A stretch of DNA of 64,000 bases, taken from a bacterium (GTDB lineage Bacteria; SM23-31). This document shows positions 60,489 to 64,000 of this stretch, in pieces (the first letter of the stretch is position 1; every line of letters begins with the position of its first letter). Location: the NCBI GenBank assembly GCA_965249485.1, contig OZ252239.1, positions 608,001-672,000 of the forward strand. The letters are read 5' to 3'. A program made the position numbers and the translations under genes. Under the pieces are notes generated by a model. It did no database searches, was not told where the DNA came from, and saw only the letters and a list, made by a program, of their open reading frames with translations.

Positions 60489-61292
60489 CTAAAGCGCATA
60501 CGGCTCTGAAACTTCATTCTGTCTTGTGAGAATGATTTCGGGAACATAGTTACAGGTTTCCGCAATTTGACCGTGAATTGTTTTATATGCTACCGTGGGG
60601 CTATTGTTTTCTTTGCTTATATGTGACAGAAAAACTGCTTTCAAATTATCGTGTATTACCTGTTTCAAAAGCTTATAGGTATCGTTATTCGACATATGGC
60701 CGTTTGGGCCGTAAATTCTTTCTTTCAACATTTGTGGGTAAGGCCCATTCCATAGCATATCTTTGTCGTGATTTGCCTCAAGTACAAGCAATGCCGAATC
60801 TTTGAGGTTTTTCACTACTACATAGGTGATCGATCCGATATCCGTGATATATCCGATTTTCTGGCTGTTTGAAGAGAAAGTAAATCCTACTGGATCGGAA
60901 GCATCGTGCATAACCGGAAAACAACCGACTTGAATAGAATGTATATCGATAGATTTCTCCGGTTCAATAAATACAACAGAACCTGAAATATCCCTTTTGA
61001 CTTCATCGAAGAAGCTTCGGTATGTTATTTCGGTTACATAAACAGGTATATTGTGAATACGAGAGAAAACACCAAGGCTGCGAATATGGTCGTAATGCTC
61101 GTGTGTCACAAGAATACCTGCAATACTTTCAATCGGAATATTACCGATTGCCAGCCTTTTTTTCAAATTCCGGTAGGCAAACCCCGCATCGATAAGCAGC
61201 GATTTACCGTTTAATTGCAGAACAGATGCATTCCCTTTGCTTCCGCTTCCTAACACAGTCCATTGTAGTGTATCCATACTTAATTCACTCAT
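60489..61292 (-). CDS. MBL-fold metallohydrolase (YycJ/WalJ-like)
   Basis: LGSGSKGN, THEHYDH, HDA, TDIG, EANHD, GHMSN, HISKENN. Confidence 0.92.
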   Translation of the reverse strand: MSELSMDTLQWTVLGSGSKGNASVLQLNGKSLLIDAGFAYRNLKKRLAIGNIPIESIAGILVTHEHYDHIRSLGVFSRIHNIPVYVTEITYRSFFDEVKRDISGSVVFIEPEKSIDIHSIQVGCFPVMHDASDPVGFTFSSNSQKIGYITDIGSITYVVVKNLKDSALLVLEANHDKDMLWNGPYPQMLKERIYGPNGHMSNNDTYKLLKQVIHDNLKAVFLSHISKENNSPTVAYKTIHGQIAETCNYVPEIILTRQNEVSEPYAL

Positions 61293-61359
61293 TTAAATAA
61301 ATGTACAAATTACAAGTATATCAATGAAAAGTCAAGTGTATACTATGGGGAAAACAAGG

Positions 61360-61700
61360 TAGCAACATTGTTAATAATTGTCGGATAATTATGTATAATT
61401 TGTTAACAAACCACCCTGTTTTTACTTTTCTCAAAATTGTGATACTTATTCATATTATCAGGATTTTCTCCACACCGATATTAACATAAATTTACCTGTT
61501 ATTAACACGTTTAATTTTATCTAAAATTCCGATTTTTTACATCCCCGGTTGTGTTACAATTGACAACGACAACAATATTTAGTATTAGTTTCTCTTTAGT
61601 ATTTGAACAATTTTGAAGATATTAACACCCTAATAATAATAGTAGTAATGTTTTTATATTAAAATATTATTATATATTATTATTACTACTTTTTGCTATT
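61360..61700. other. Probable replication origin (oriC)
   Basis: Cluster of DnaA-box-like 9-mers (TTCTCCACA 61466, TTATTAACA 61499, ATATTAACA 61478 and 61619, reverse TGTTAATAA 61369), then CCC and TAA/TAG trios 61631-61648 in an AT-rich tract, directly upstream of dnaN. Confidence 0.75.
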
Positions 61701-61867
61701 CTCTTTCATTTCAGTGAGTATCCTTCCCAGCACACATTTTTTCCTTGTAATACAAGTCATATTTTACTAATTTAATTAGTTTAGGTAGCATTAATTAGGT
61801 GCAAAGTATAATTTTATTTCCGCTTTATTTGCCGCCTACAAGGATCGCAAAATGAGGAGCTTTTGTA

Positions 61868-62980
61868 ATGAATATTACTGTTGGTTGTGGAGAGTTAAAA
61901 GCAGGATTACAACATGTGATCAACGTAATACCATCAAAGACTACTCTTCCGATTCTCAACCATGTATTGATTGAAGCCAGCGGCGGCCAACTAACGTTGA
62001 GTGCTACGGACCTTGAAGTGTCTTTACGGACTCATGTAGATGTTACTATCGAGGAAGAAGGCAGCATTACTATACAGGGAAGACTTCTTTACGATGTTGT
62101 TAGGGAAATACCCGATGTTCCTATTACCTTAAAGACAGATGATAATATGCGGATAATCATGAGCTATTCGCGAGGTCAGTACACATTTTTCGGTGAAAAT
62201 CCGAAAGAATTTCCTCAGCGTCCAGCAATTGATATTGAGCACGAAATAGTGATCGAAAAGAAAAAATTTTCCAGGAATCTTGATAAGACTATTTTTGCAG
62301 TATCGAACGATGAGTTGAGAGCGGCGCTTATGGGAGTACTGCTACAGATTCGTGAAAATGAATACCGTGCAGTTGCAACAGACGGACACAGACTTGTCAG
62401 AATCATAGACAAGGGGTTTACCACTGATGAAGCGATCGATGATGTAATTGTTCCGGTAAAGGCGCTGAACTTGTTACAGAAAAATCTTGAAGGAAACGGC
62501 GATGTCAAGATTTCATTTGGGTCAAACCATGTTGTTTTTGATCTAGATGAAGCGTCAATCAGCGCATCAATAATAGAGGGAAAGTATCCAGATTATGAAA
62601 AAGTAATTCCGATAAATGATAATAAAAAACTGATTATAAATCGTGAACAATTGATAACTGCACTGCGGACAATATCGGTTGTTGCAAATAAAATAACGCA
62701 ACAGATTAAAATGCATATTGAGCAGGATAAAGTTACGGTCACCTCGCAGGATATGGACCGCGGAGAAGGCATAGAAACTATTGAAGCGGAATACACCGGC
62801 GATCCTTTGGATATTGGTTTTAATTCTGCTTATTTGTTAGATGTATTACGCCACATTGATACGGAAAATGTTATTATTCGCTTACATACGGCTGTCAGTG
62901 CTACATTGGTATTTCCTATGGAACAGGAAAAAGACGAAGATTTATTAATGCTTGTTATGCCGATAAAGCTACGTGAATAA
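61868..62980 (+). CDS. dnaN: DNA polymerase III beta clamp
   Basis: TTLPILNHVL, SATDLE, VATDGHRL, GKYPDY, IGFNSAYL, LVMPI. Confidence 0.98.
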   Translation: MNITVGCGELKAGLQHVINVIPSKTTLPILNHVLIEASGGQLTLSATDLEVSLRTHVDVTIEEEGSITIQGRLLYDVVREIPDVPITLKTDDNMRIIMSYSRGQYTFFGENPKEFPQRPAIDIEHEIVIEKKKFSRNLDKTIFAVSNDELRAALMGVLLQIRENEYRAVATDGHRLVRIIDKGFTTDEAIDDVIVPVKALNLLQKNLEGNGDVKISFGSNHVVFDLDEASISASIIEGKYPDYEKVIPINDNKKLIINREQLITALRTISVVANKITQQIKMHIEQDKVTVTSQDMDRGEGIETIEAEYTGDPLDIGFNSAYLLDVLRHIDTENVIIRLHTAVSATLVFPMEQEKDEDLLMLVMPIKLRE

Positions 62981-63018
62981 AAAAATTCACGGAGAAGTTT
63001 TCGCACGAATAGAATGAA

Positions 63019-64000
63019 ATGTTTCTGAAAAAATTATGTTTGAACGATTTTCGAAACTATACTCAAACTGAGTTAGAGTTTAATAAAAAAGGAAATTTGT
63101 TCTTCGGTGCAAACGGTCAGGGAAAAACAAATCTCCTTGAATCGATATATTATTTGTCGGTTTACAGAAGCTTTAAAAAGGGTACAAGTAAAAACCTTGC
63201 CAATTGGGGGACACAACATTTTTCTGTGTCCGGGTTCTTTGAAACTGAGAGTGGACTTGAACAAAATCTTTCTGTTGATTGGGAGGCAGGTCAGAATAAG
63301 CAGGTTTTTTTTGAGAATGATAGAATACGGAAGATTTCGGAACTTGTCGGGTTATTTCCTGTTGTTATTCTGTCTCCAGAAAGCATGGAAATTACGCAGG
63401 GACAGCCGGGTGAACGGAGAAAATTTATCGACTTGTGTATTTCCGTAGTTGATAAAGAATATCTGCAACACCTGATTGCTTATAAAAGGACATTAAAGCA
63501 GCGGAATAAAATACTTGCTTTATGGCGAAATTCATCCTCGAATATTGAGAGTGATCTGGATGTTTGGACAGAGAAGCTAGTGATGCACGGCTCGTTTCTC
63601 ATTAGGCACAGATTGAAAGCGGTTGAGCGGCTGTCGAGTATTTGCATGAATAAGTATGCTGTAATCAGTAGCGGCAGTGAAAACTTGACCCTTCAATATA
63701 ATTCGACGATTCTCAACGGCGATGATATTGAGAAGAATTTTGCCAATGCAATAGAACGGTCGAGAGCAGAAGAAAGCAAAAGAAAAGTAACCGTTGTCGG
63801 GCCTCACCGAGACGATATTACTATCTGTCTCGACGACCATGATGTGCGGCAGTATGCATCACAAGGACAGCACAAGACGATAATCATGTCTCTGAAATCG
63901 GCAGAACATGAATTTATTTCAGAAATAAAAGGATTTCAACCCGCTATACTTTTGGATGATCTTTTTGCCCTGTTGGATAAGGAACGGATTTTGGAGTTTT
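63019..64000 (+). CDS. recF: DNA replication/repair protein RecF (runs off right edge)
   Basis: Manual translation: MFLKKLCLNDFRNY, GANGQGKTNLLESI, GPHRDD, SQGQ, LLDD. Confidence 0.96.
   Translation, partial: MFLKKLCLNDFRNYTQTELEFNKKGNLFFGANGQGKTNLLESIYYLSVYRSFKKGTSKNLANWGTQHFSVSGFFETESGLEQNLSVDWEAGQNKQVFFENDRIRKISELVGLFPVVILSPESMEITQGQPGERRKFIDLCISVVDKEYLQHLIAYKRTLKQRNKILALWRNSSSNIESDLDVWTEKLVMHGSFLIRHRLKAVERLSSICMNKYAVISSGSENLTLQYNSTILNGDDIEKNFANAIERSRAEESKRKVTVVGPHRDDITICLDDHDVRQYASQGQHKTIIMSLKSAEHEFISEIKGFQPAILLDDLFALLDKERILEF

Noticed and set aside
63073..63840. Track ORFs 63073..63264, 63107..63448 and 63577..63840
   Set aside because: Alternative frames overlapping recF

Overview
Bacterial chromosomal window of mostly housekeeping genes from the origin region: rpmH-rnpA-yidD-yidC-mnmE-mnmG-rsmG, two parS sites, an oriC-like region, dnaN and recF. 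A C-terminal NPFN/FlgD-Ig-type sorting domain on a secreted protease suggests an FCB-related lineage such as KSB1, Calditrichota or Marinisomatota (inference). Accessory content includes two efflux modules, a lone flagellin, a sulfate-assimilation operon, a dinB pseudogene and a TPR histidine kinase. The strongest unannotated signal is a 30-codon Cys-rich leader peptide (MTRLNLHMLNITACCMCCCICMPCIRQWHG, 51858..51766) with a mutually exclusive antiterminator/intrinsic terminator, directly upstream of the sulfite reductase-cysH-DUF2061-cysG operon. This looks like a classical ribosome-stalling attenuator sensing Cys-tRNA. Other signals: a UGA-recoded UxxC selenoprotein with a SECIS-like hairpin; a Cyc2-like cytochrome-porin split by an in-frame TAG; two unrelated genes frameshifted +1 at the same 11-mer; CsrA-type GGA hairpins and sigma28/sigma54 promoters around flagellin; and an origin with no adjacent dnaA. 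Several lesions may be sequencing errors. No CRISPR array, rRNA or mobile element was seen.
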